This document shows, in pieces, positions 1 to 7,576 of a stretch of DNA of 32,000 nucleotides. The stretch's first letter is position 1. Every line of letters starts with the position of its first letter. A program made the position numbers and the translations under genes. Source of the DNA: Alkalilimnicola ehrlichii MLHE-1 (GTDB lineage Bacteria > Pseudomonadota > Gammaproteobacteria > Nitrococcales > Halorhodospiraceae); contig NC_008340.1 in assembly GCF_000014785.1 (NCBI RefSeq), positions 1,110,001 to 1,142,000 on the forward strand, read 5' to 3'. The notes under the pieces are model-generated. The model saw only the letters and a list, made by a program, of their open reading frames with translations, was not told where the DNA came from and ran no database searches.

Positions 1-1242
1 CAACGACTCGTTGGTCAGGCCCAGGGCCTCGAAGCGGGCGCCGACCTCCCAGCGCGGGGCGAACCCGTAGACGGCCTGGAGGTAGAGGCCGTCCTGGCGC
101 CGGCGATCGGAGAAGCTGTCGGTGGTCTGCAGGCTGCCGTTGTTGACGCCCTGGAAGCTCTGACTCATGTAGTCGACGTCGATCTCACGCAGGAAGTACT
201 CGCCCTGCAGTCGCAGGTTGCCGTGGCCGTAGGCACCACCGCTGTCGTACTTATAAACGGCGTCCACACCGGCGAACCAGGCATCACCGTCCCAGGATTC
301 GTACCGGGTGCTGGAGTGCTGCTGCTCATTCTGGAAGGTGGTGGCGATCCCGTAGGAAAGCCCGAACTGGGCGGCGTGGTTGTAGCCGAGGTCCGGCGCA
401 ATCTTGAAGAAGCCGGTAAAGAGACGGGGTCCGGAGGCATCATCGAAGGGGTTGTCGTCCCGCCAGCGCTGCCGGGTGGGGTCCCCGGTGACGGGATCGG
501 GGGTCACCGTCACTTCCTCTACCCGGCCCGAACCGATGTAGTTGGCGATCCCGCTGGTCTCACCCTGCAGGAGTTCGACGCCGAATCGGGTATAGACCGG
601 AGTCGCTGGCACCCAGGAGAGCTGCACCCCCTTCTCCTGCAGGCCGTGGTCACCGAACAGGAACTCGTTGACCAGTGGACGGTCGACGAAGTCCCAGTCG
701 TGCGGGTGCTGCTTGTTGATGTAGCCGATGTCGGACAGGAACTTACCGGCCTTCACCTGCAGGCCCGCCGGCAAATTCTGGGTGGTCAGATAGGCCTCTT
801 CCACCTCGATGCCGGAGTCGCCCTCAATGGCCAGGATCACCATGGCGTCGAAGTAGTTGTCCACCGACGCGGAGAAGGCGATCTCCGTCTCGCGCAGGTT
901 GAAGCCCTCGTCCAGGTCATGGTCGTGGCCGTGGCCGTGGCCGTGGCCGTGGCTGTGGCTGTGGCCACTGTCAAAGCCCGCCGGGGCGTCCCACTCACCG
1001 GTGAACTCGGAGTAGTACACCCCGTCCAGGATCACCGAGAGGGCCGGGTTGAACGCGGTGCCGGAATCGACTTGCTCCCGCGTGCCGCCCAGCGGCAGCG
1101 CCTGGGCCCGAAGCCCCGGCTGATCCAGCGGGTCCCGCTGCATCTGCGAGGTCACCTCTCCATCGCCAGTCCGGTCGGCCAGCACCCCTCCCGGTGCCAG
1201 CATGACCAACGTGGCGGCAACGGCCAGCGTCTTCTTGATCAT
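1..1242 (-). CDS. Outer-membrane porin/receptor-like protein with His-rich loop (C-terminus off the left edge)
   Basis: Reverse-strand reading frame is open from ATG at 1242 to position 1. Signal peptide MIKKTLAVAATLVMLAPGGVLA; beta-barrel-like aromatic/polar alternation; His-rich SGHSHSHGHGHGHGHDHD segment. Confidence 0.75.
   Translation of the reverse strand, partial: MIKKTLAVAATLVMLAPGGVLADRTGDGEVTSQMQRDPLDQPGLRAQALPLGGTREQVDSGTAFNPALSVILDGVYYSEFTGEWDAPAGFDSGHSHSHGHGHGHGHDHDLDEGFNLRETEIAFSASVDNYFDAMVILAIEGDSGIEVEEAYLTTQNLPAGLQVKAGKFLSDIGYINKQHPHDWDFVDRPLVNEFLFGDHGLQEKGVQLSWVPATPVYTRFGVELLQGETSGIANYIGSGRVEEVTVTPDPVTGDPTRQRWRDDNPFDDASGPRLFTGFFKIAPDLGYNHAAQFGLSYGIATTFQNEQQHSSTRYESWDGDAWFAGVDAVYKYDSGGAYGHGNLRLQGEYFLREIDVDYMSQSFQGVNNGSLQTTDSFSDRRRQDGLYLQAVYGFAPRWEVGARFEALGLTNESL
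919..966 (-). repeat. Hexanucleotide-like GTGGCC tract encoding the HSHSHGHGHGHGHDH loop
   Basis: Repeated gtggcc/gtggct units seen directly; in frame with the outer-membrane protein CDS. Confidence 0.85.
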
Positions 1243-1312
1243 GATTGTGTTGCTCCCCAATGCGTGTGACGTGATGCGGCCCACGAAGGGCGTCAGGTTG
1301 GCAGGTGTGAAA

Positions 1313-1350
1313 TGCAATACTGTTGCATCAAGTGGTGCAATCTATTTGCA
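1313..1350 (-). promoter_or_regulatory. Two tandem TGCAA-N5-TTGCA palindromes, candidate Fur/Zur-family operator
   Basis: TGCAATACTGTTGCA (1313-1327) and TGCAATCTATTTGCA (1336-1350), 23 bp apart; the second overlaps a candidate -10. Confidence 0.6.
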
Positions 1351-1367
1351 AGAAGGCCGGCTGTCAA
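1339..1367 (-). promoter_or_regulatory. Candidate sigma70 promoter for the outer-membrane protein gene
   Basis: Minus strand TTGACA (1362-1367), 17-bp spacer, TAGATT (1339-1344). Confidence 0.6.
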
Positions 1368-1431
1368 GCGGGCAGGCTCTATACCTTTAGGGCTAATCCG
1401 TTACACTGGAGCTCGGCAAAAGCGCGCCATT

Positions 1432-1447
1432 TGGCACCGCTTTTGCT
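1432..1447 (+). promoter_or_regulatory. Sigma54 (RpoN) -24/-12 promoter upstream of fliL
   Basis: TGGCACCGCTTTTGCT matches TGGCACGNNNNTTGCW at all fixed positions but one, 44 nt before the fliL ATG. Confidence 0.75.
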
Positions 1448-1490
1448 TCTCTCTTTCTGCGTCGGATTTCTGTCGGAGGGCGGACGGTCA

Positions 1491-1976
1491 ATGGCAACAG
1501 CCACAAGCAAACAACAGGGGATGTCCAAGCTGGTGGTCATCCTGCTCATCGCGATTCTGGTCGTGCTTCTGGCCGTGGGAGGGGCAGTTGCCGCTTATCT
1601 GACGGGGATGATCGGCTCCGTCGGCAACGACGAGCCGCAGGTGGAACAGGCGCTGGACGAGCCCATCTACATCGAGCTGGACCCCGCACTGACCGTCAAC
1701 TTCGAGCGCGGTGGCCGCATCAGTTACCTGCAGGCACGGGTGCAGCTCGAGACGCGGTACGCCTCGGTGGAAGAGGCGATCGACCGGCACATGCCGGTGA
1801 TTCGCAATAATCTTCTCGACCTGTTTGCCGATCAGGACTACCAGGAGGTGAACACCCGCGCCGGCCGCGAGGCGTTGCGTCAGGCTGCCCTGGAGGAGGT
1901 CAATCAGGTGCTGGCCGAACGCGGTGTTGAGCAAAGGCTGGAGGCGGTCTACTTCACCCGCTTCGTCATGCAATAG
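1491..1976 (+). CDS. fliL: Flagellar basal body-associated protein FliL
   Basis: 161 aa, N-terminal TM helix, FliL-like C-terminal domain, directly upstream of fliM. The ORF track extends upstream to 1323; ATG at 1491 is preferred. Confidence 0.93.
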   Translation: MATATSKQQGMSKLVVILLIAILVVLLAVGGAVAAYLTGMIGSVGNDEPQVEQALDEPIYIELDPALTVNFERGGRISYLQARVQLETRYASVEEAIDRHMPVIRNNLLDLFADQDYQEVNTRAGREALRQAALEEVNQVLAERGVEQRLEAVYFTRFVMQ

Positions 1977-1987
1977 GGGTAGGACCC

Positions 1988-3175
1988 ATGGCCCAGGACA
2001 TACTCAGCCAGGATGAAATCGACGCCCTGCTGCATGGCGTCGACGACGGTGCGGTGGATACCGAGGACGACGCCGAGCCTGGCGAGTTGCGCTCGTACAA
2101 CTTCACCGCCGAGGAGCGGATCGTGCGTGGGCGGATGCCCACGCTGGAGATGATCAACGAGCGCTTCGCCCGGTTGTTCCGCATCGGGCTGTTCAACATG
2201 CTGCGCCGCACCCCGGAGGTGTCGGTGGTGGGTGTGGAGATGATGAAGTTCGGCGAGTACGTCCATACCCTGTTCGTGCCCACCAGCCTGAACCTGATGC
2301 GGGTGCATCCGTTGCGCGGCACCGGGTTGTTCATCATCGACCCCAAGCTGGTCTTCATCGTGGTGGACAACTTCTTCGGCGGCGACGGGCGGTTCTTCGT
2401 CAAGATCGAGGGGCGCGAGTTCACGCCCACCGAGCTGCGGGTCATCCGCATGCTTATCGATCAGGCCTTCGAGAACCTGGAGGAGGCCTGGAACCCGGTG
2501 ATGAACGCCGAGTTCGAGTACATGCACTCGGAGGTCAACCCGCAGTTCGCCAATATCGTCAGCCCCAGCGAGGTGGTGGTGGTCAGCAAGTTCCATGTCG
2601 AGCTCGACGGCGGCGGCGGCGATATCCACGTGACGCTGCCCTACACCATGATCGAGCCGATCCGGGAGCTGCTCGATGCCGGCGTGCAGTCGGACCGCAA
2701 CGAGGTGGACGAACGCTGGACCCGCTCCCTGCGCGAGGAGATGAAGTTTGCCGAGGTGGAGCTGTCCAGCGTGCTCACCGAGGTGGAGGTGAGCCTGCGC
2801 GATGTGATGAACATGAAGCCGGGCGACATCATCCCGGTGGAGTTGCCGGAGGCGGTGAAGGTGTATGCCGAGGACATGCCGGTCTTCCGCGGCCGCTACG
2901 GGGTACGTCACGGCAATACCGCCATCAAGATCACCGAGCGGATCCAGCCGCGCGCCGAGCAGGACGCCATCCATTGGCTGGAGAGCGAGGAAGAGGAGCG
3001 CGAGGCACCCGCAGAGGCGGAGGTACAGGACAAGGCCAAAGGTAAGACGGGCGACAAGGCGTCCGCGGACGGGGACAGCGGGGGCCGGGGGCGGCAACGG
3101 CGCGGCAGGGCCGCGGCGGCGTCCCGGACCGCAAGACAGTCGCGAGACCGTAACAAGGGCGGTGAGCAGTCATGA
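1988..3175 (+). CDS. fliM: Flagellar motor switch protein FliM, with extended C-terminal tail
   Basis: MAQDILSQDEIDALLHGV N-terminus (CheY-P binding motif) and the full FliM fold. Confidence 0.97.
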   Translation: MAQDILSQDEIDALLHGVDDGAVDTEDDAEPGELRSYNFTAEERIVRGRMPTLEMINERFARLFRIGLFNMLRRTPEVSVVGVEMMKFGEYVHTLFVPTSLNLMRVHPLRGTGLFIIDPKLVFIVVDNFFGGDGRFFVKIEGREFTPTELRVIRMLIDQAFENLEEAWNPVMNAEFEYMHSEVNPQFANIVSPSEVVVVSKFHVELDGGGGDIHVTLPYTMIEPIRELLDAGVQSDRNEVDERWTRSLREEMKFAEVELSSVLTEVEVSLRDVMNMKPGDIIPVELPEAVKVYAEDMPVFRGRYGVRHGNTAIKITERIQPRAEQDAIHWLESEEEEREAPAEAEVQDKAKGKTGDKASADGDSGGRGRQRRGRAAAASRTARQSRDRNKGGEQS

Positions 3176-3852
3176 GTGAGGAGCGGAAGGATCAGACCGG
3201 CGCCGACGAGGCCTGGGAAGAGGCCATGGCGGAGCAACAGGCCGGCGAGACCGGACGTGCCCCGGAGTCGGGGCAAGCGGCCGGGCAGGACGAGGCGGCC
3301 AGCGACAGCGCGTCGGATGGGGTAGATGATGAGCCCGCCGGCGGGAAGGCCGCCGCTGATGCCGGGTCGGAGGTGGATCAGCAGGCCATGGCGGACGAGT
3401 GGGCGCGGGCTATGGAAGAGCAGACCGGCGACGACGAGGCTGGACAGAGTGGCCCGGAGGAGCCGTCCGCCGGCCAGCGCGCGGCCACCGAGGCCCGGGA
3501 GACGCAGCGCCAGGAGAACTGGCAGGCGGAACGGGCCGAGCTGGATGAGCTTGAGCCCGATGCCGGGGCCGGGCGCAATCTGGGCGATGAAGAGGCCAAC
3601 CTGGATGTCATTATGGACATCCCGGTCACCCTCTCCATGGAGATCGGTCGCACCCAGATCAGCATCCGCCACCTGCTCCAGCTCAACCAGGGGTCGGTGG
3701 TGGAGCTGGACCGCCTGGCCGGCGAGCCGTTGGATGTGATGGTCAACGGCACGCTCATCGCCCACGGCGAGGTGGTGGTGGTCAACGAGCGCTTCGGCAT
3801 CCGGCTCACGGATGTCATCAGCGCCGCCGAGCGTGTCAAAAAGCTGCGCTGA
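3172..3852 (+). CDS. fliN: Flagellar motor switch protein FliN, with long acidic N-terminal extension
   Basis: C-terminal SpoA domain (LDVIMDIPVTLSMEIGRTQISIRHLLQLNQGSVVELD...); ATGA overlap with fliM. Confidence 0.95.
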   Translation: MSEERKDQTGADEAWEEAMAEQQAGETGRAPESGQAAGQDEAASDSASDGVDDEPAGGKAAADAGSEVDQQAMADEWARAMEEQTGDDEAGQSGPEEPSAGQRAATEARETQRQENWQAERAELDELEPDAGAGRNLGDEEANLDVIMDIPVTLSMEIGRTQISIRHLLQLNQGSVVELDRLAGEPLDVMVNGTLIAHGEVVVVNERFGIRLTDVISAAERVKKLR

Positions 3853-4340
3853 TGGTTTTCCGTCGCCACCCTTCCTGCCCGTCCCCGACCGGGTGTCGAA
3901 AACCCGGCGCCGCCCTGTTGGCGGTATCCGGGATGTGGCTGCCCGGCCTGGTCTGGGCCGGTGAGGGCGGCGTGCCCAGCGTGGATGTCACCGGCATGGC
4001 GCGGGTGATTGTCGGGCTGGTGGTGGTGCTGGTGTTGATCGCCCTGCTCATGCTGGCCCTGCGCCGCATGGGCGGTGTGGGCGGGTCTGCCAATGGGCAG
4101 ATGCGCGTCCTGGGGGCCCTGTCGGTGGGCCAACGGGAGAAAGTGGTACTGGTTAAGGTGGGGTCGACCCAACTTCTCGTGGGGGTGGCTCCCGGGCGGG
4201 TACAGACTTTGCATGTGCTGGATGAGCCCCTGGAGGGGCTCGAGGCGGAGGCCACACGCGGCGCCCCGGACATGCAGGGCAGCCCGTTCGCGGAGCGGCT
4301 GCGTCGAATGATGCAGCAACACCACCACGAGAAGAAATGA
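3852..4340 (+). CDS. fliO: Flagellar biosynthesis protein FliO
   Basis: Small protein with TM segment between fliN and fliP; TGATG overlap with fliN. Confidence 0.88.
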   Translation: MVFRRHPSCPSPTGCRKPGAALLAVSGMWLPGLVWAGEGGVPSVDVTGMARVIVGLVVVLVLIALLMLALRRMGGVGGSANGQMRVLGALSVGQREKVVLVKVGSTQLLVGVAPGRVQTLHVLDEPLEGLEAEATRGAPDMQGSPFAERLRRMMQQHHHEKK

Positions 4341-5089
4341 TGGCTCGACGCACATTCCTGATCCTGATCGCGCTGGCCGGCCTGACGGCACCCGTCGTGG
4401 TGCTGGCGCAGCCGCCGGGCCTGGAGGCGCTGCGCATCACCGAGGGTGAGGACGGTCAGACCTGGAGCCTGAGCCTCCAGGTGCTCATCCTTATGACCCT
4501 GCTGACGCTGCTGCCGGCAGGGCTGCTGATGATGACCAGCTTCACCCGCATCATCATCGTCCTGGCCATCCTGCGCCAGGCCATGGGTACGGCCTCCACC
4601 CCCTCCAACCAGGTGCTCATCGGCCTGGCGCTGTTTCTCACCCTGTTTGTGATGGCCCCGGTCTTTCAGGAGGTCCACGACACCGCGCTGGCGCCCTACC
4701 TGGCCGAGGAGATGGCGCCGGACGAGGCGCTGGAGGCGGCCAGCGAACCCATGCGCGGGTTCATGATCGCGCAGACCCGCGAGTCCGACCTGGGGCTGTT
4801 CCTGCGCATCGCCGGCTACGACCAGGTGGACAGCCCGGACGATGTGCCCTTCACGGTGCTGGTGCCGGCCTTCATGACCAGCGAGCTGAAGACCGCCTTC
4901 ACCATTGGCTTCATCATCTACCTGCCCTTCCTGGTGATTGACCTGGTGGTGGCCAGCACCCTGATGTCCATGGGCATGCTGATGCTCTCGCCCATGATTA
5001 TCTCGCTGCCGTTCAAGATCCTGCTTTTCGTGCTGGTGGACGGCTGGTCCCTGCTCATGGGCACGCTGGCCTCCAGCTTCTTCCTATAA
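4337..5089 (+). CDS. fliP: Flagellar export apparatus protein FliP
   Basis: Signal sequence followed by conserved FliP core ([41 protein letters not shown]). Confidence 0.97.
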   Translation: MMARRTFLILIALAGLTAPVVVLAQPPGLEALRITEGEDGQTWSLSLQVLILMTLLTLLPAGLLMMTSFTRIIIVLAILRQAMGTASTPSNQVLIGLALFLTLFVMAPVFQEVHDTALAPYLAEEMAPDEALEAASEPMRGFMIAQTRESDLGLFLRIAGYDQVDSPDDVPFTVLVPAFMTSELKTAFTIGFIIYLPFLVIDLVVASTLMSMGMLMLSPMIISLPFKILLFVLVDGWSLLMGTLASSFFL

Positions 5090-5135
5090 CGCCGCCGTCG
5101 CCGCCAACCGTCGAACCCATCGGGAGGGATTCGCC

Positions 5136-5405
5136 ATGACTCCGGAACTGGCCATCGAACTGGGCAAGCAGGCGCTGACCGTGGCGGTGCTGCTGGCCGG
5201 GCCCATTCTGCTGTCCGCACTGATCACCGGTCTGCTCATCGGCCTGTTCCAGGCCGCCACCCAGATCAACGAGCAGACCCTGAGCTTTGTGCCCAAGCTG
5301 GGGGTCATGGCGCTGGTGCTGTTCATCATGACCCCCTGGATGCACACCATCCTGACCGACTTTACCCGGCAGCTGTACCGCGGCATCCCGGGCTTCATCG
5401 GGTAG
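5136..5405 (+). CDS. fliQ: Flagellar export apparatus protein FliQ
   Basis: 89 aa, two TM helices, FliQ motif (QATTQINEQTLSFVPK-like). Confidence 0.97.
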   Translation: MTPELAIELGKQALTVAVLLAGPILLSALITGLLIGLFQAATQINEQTLSFVPKLGVMALVLFIMTPWMHTILTDFTRQLYRGIPGFIG

Positions 5406-5430
5406 GCCGGGTCGGACGGGGGCGCGCGGC

Positions 5431-6213
5431 ATGGAGTTCACCATCGGCGAGATCACCGCCTGGGTCGGCAGCCTGATGTGGCCGCTGATGCGCGTGGGGG
5501 CGATGGTGATGGTGGCGCCGGTGTTCGGCAACCAGTTGATGCCGGTCCGGGTCCGGGTCTTTTTCGGCCTCGCCCTGGCGGTGGCTGTGCTGCCGGCCGT
5601 GGGCGAGGTGCCGCCGGTGGATCCACTCTCCGCCGAGGGCCTGCTGATCAGTGTGCAGCAGGTGCTCATCGGGCTGATCATGGGCTTTATGCTGCTGCTG
5701 GCGGTGAACGCGGTGGTGGTGGCCGGCGAGAGCATGGCCCTGGCCATGGGGCTGGGCTTTGCCACCATGGTGGATCCCCAGACCGGTATGTCGGTACCGG
5801 TGCTCTCGCAGGTGATGCTGGTGATCGTGACCCTGGTCTTCCTGGGCATAGGCGGGCATCTGATGCTCATCGAGCTGACCGCCGCAAGCTTCTCCGCCCT
5901 GCCCATCGCCGCCGAGGGGGTGGGCCGTGAGGCCTTCTTCGAGGTGGCGGCGTGGGCGTCACAGATGTTCGCCGGCGCGGTGCTCATCGCGCTGCCGGTG
6001 GTCACCGTGTTGCTGATCATCAACCTGGCGCTGGGGGTGATGACCCGCGCCGCGCCCCAGATGAACGTCTTCTCCGTGGGCCTGCCCATCACCATGCTGG
6101 TGGGCCCGGTGCTGGTGTTGGGCCTAGTGCTGCCGGTGTTGCCCACCCGCATGGCGATGATCTGGTCCCACGCCTTCGCGGTGGTGCGCGACCTGCTCGC
6201 CATCACCGGCTGA
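5431..6213 (+). CDS. fliR: Flagellar export apparatus protein FliR
   Basis: 260 aa multi-TM protein, FliR-like, following fliQ. Confidence 0.95.
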   Translation: MEFTIGEITAWVGSLMWPLMRVGAMVMVAPVFGNQLMPVRVRVFFGLALAVAVLPAVGEVPPVDPLSAEGLLISVQQVLIGLIMGFMLLLAVNAVVVAGESMALAMGLGFATMVDPQTGMSVPVLSQVMLVIVTLVFLGIGGHLMLIELTAASFSALPIAAEGVGREAFFEVAAWASQMFAGAVLIALPVVTVLLIINLALGVMTRAAPQMNVFSVGLPITMLVGPVLVLGLVLPVLPTRMAMIWSHAFAVVRDLLAITG

Positions 6214-6214
6214 T

Positions 6215-6230
6215 TGGCCGGCAATTTGCA
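6215..6230 (+). promoter_or_regulatory. Possible RpoN-type -24/-12 element upstream of flhB
   Basis: TGGCCGGCAATTTGCA keeps GG/GC spacing and TTGCA; two mismatches in the -24 box. Confidence 0.45.
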
Positions 6231-6333
6231 TTACCCCCCGCAGGCCCGCCAGCGACGGAATGCCGGCGGTCACGGGGCGGCCAGGCCGGGCCAGGGAGAC
6301 AGCGCACCGGCGCGGGGATGACGGGGGCAGCTC

Positions 6334-7506
6334 ATGGCCGAAGAGAGCGAGAACGGCCAGGAGAAAACCGAACAGCCAACCCCGAAACGGCTACAGGACG
6401 CGAAGAAGAAGGGGCAGATACCGCGCTCGCGGGAGCTGACCACCACGCTGCTGATGCTGTTCGCCGCCCTGGGCATGCTGATGTTCGGCGGCTACATGGG
6501 GGAGGGCATTGTCGGCCTGCTGGAGTGGTCCTTCCAACCCGGCCGCGAACAGATCTTCGACCCCAAAGAGCCCATCGCCCGTGTCCATGAGGCCCTGGGC
6601 CGGGGCCTGCTCATCGTCGCCCCCTTCGTCGGGCTGATGATGCTGGTGGCGCTCATCGGTCCGGTTGCCCTGGGCGGCTGGACCTTCAGCGCCCAGCCGA
6701 TGATCCCGAAGCCGGAAAAAATGAACCCGGTGAAGGGCATCAAGCGCATCTTCGGCCCCAAGGCCCTGATTGAGCTGGCCAAGGGCATCGCCAAGATCCT
6801 GGTGGTGGGCGCCGTGGCCGGGGTGTTCTTCTACCTGTTTCAGGACGAGCTGCGCTCGCTGGCCCTGGCCCCGCTGCAGTCGGCCATGGCCCACGCCATC
6901 GAGCTCTTTTTCATCGCCTTCTTCGTCCTCGCCGCCTCTCTGATCATCGTGGTGGCGGTGGACGTGCCCTACCAGCTTTGGGACCACCAGAAGAAGCTGC
7001 GCATGACCCGCCAGGAGGTGAAGGACGAGTTCAAGCAGACCGAGGGTAAGCCCGAGGTCAAGGGCAAGATCCGGCAACTGCAGCGCGAGGCCGCCCAGCG
7101 CCGGATGATGGAGAAGGTGCCCGAGGCCGACGTGGTGGTCACCAACCCCACCCACTACGCCGTGGCCCTCCAGTACGACCAGCTCAGGATGCGCGCGCCC
7201 CGGGTGGTGGCCCTGGGCAAGGACCAGGTGGCGCTGCGCATCCGCGAGATCGCCGGTGAGCACGGTATCCCGCTGTTCGAGGCGCCGCCGTTGGCACGGG
7301 CCTTGTATCACACCACGGACATCGACCAGGAGATCCCCGCCGGCCTCTACATGGCCGTGGCCCAGGTGCTGGCCTACATCTACCAGCTCCGGGCCGCCCG
7401 GGGCGGGCAGAGCGAGGCGCCGCGGCGCCCGGCGCCGGACATCCCGGCGGAATTCCGGGCCTACGCCGAGCAGGGGGCGCCCGGGGAGCGGGCGTCAGAC
7501 GACTGA
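6334..7506 (+). CDS. flhB: Flagellar export apparatus switch protein FlhB
   Basis: Conserved NPTHYAVAL autocleavage motif and FlhB N-terminus (EKTEQPTPKRLQDAKKKGQ). Confidence 0.98.
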   Translation: MAEESENGQEKTEQPTPKRLQDAKKKGQIPRSRELTTTLLMLFAALGMLMFGGYMGEGIVGLLEWSFQPGREQIFDPKEPIARVHEALGRGLLIVAPFVGLMMLVALIGPVALGGWTFSAQPMIPKPEKMNPVKGIKRIFGPKALIELAKGIAKILVVGAVAGVFFYLFQDELRSLALAPLQSAMAHAIELFFIAFFVLAASLIIVVAVDVPYQLWDHQKKLRMTRQEVKDEFKQTEGKPEVKGKIRQLQREAAQRRMMEKVPEADVVVTNPTHYAVALQYDQLRMRAPRVVALGKDQVALRIREIAGEHGIPLFEAPPLARALYHTTDIDQEIPAGLYMAVAQVLAYIYQLRAARGGQSEAPRRPAPDIPAEFRAYAEQGAPGERASDD

Positions 7507-7576
7507 CGGCGCCGGTGACAAAAACCCGGCAGGAGCGGCCCGCAAAGGGCCGGAGCAGAGGAGCGGATAAAAGACG

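Noticed and set aside
223-1269. 348-aa ORF on the + strand with a VAVAVAVAV stretch
   Set aside because: Antisense of the outer-membrane protein; the VA repeat is the reverse reading of the His-rich tract.
1949-3097. 382-aa ORF on the - strand
   Set aside because: Antisense to fliM.
6214-6333. Possible small RNA or gene in the fliR-flhB gap
   Set aside because: No convincing ORF or terminator; only the weak RpoN-like element was supportable.
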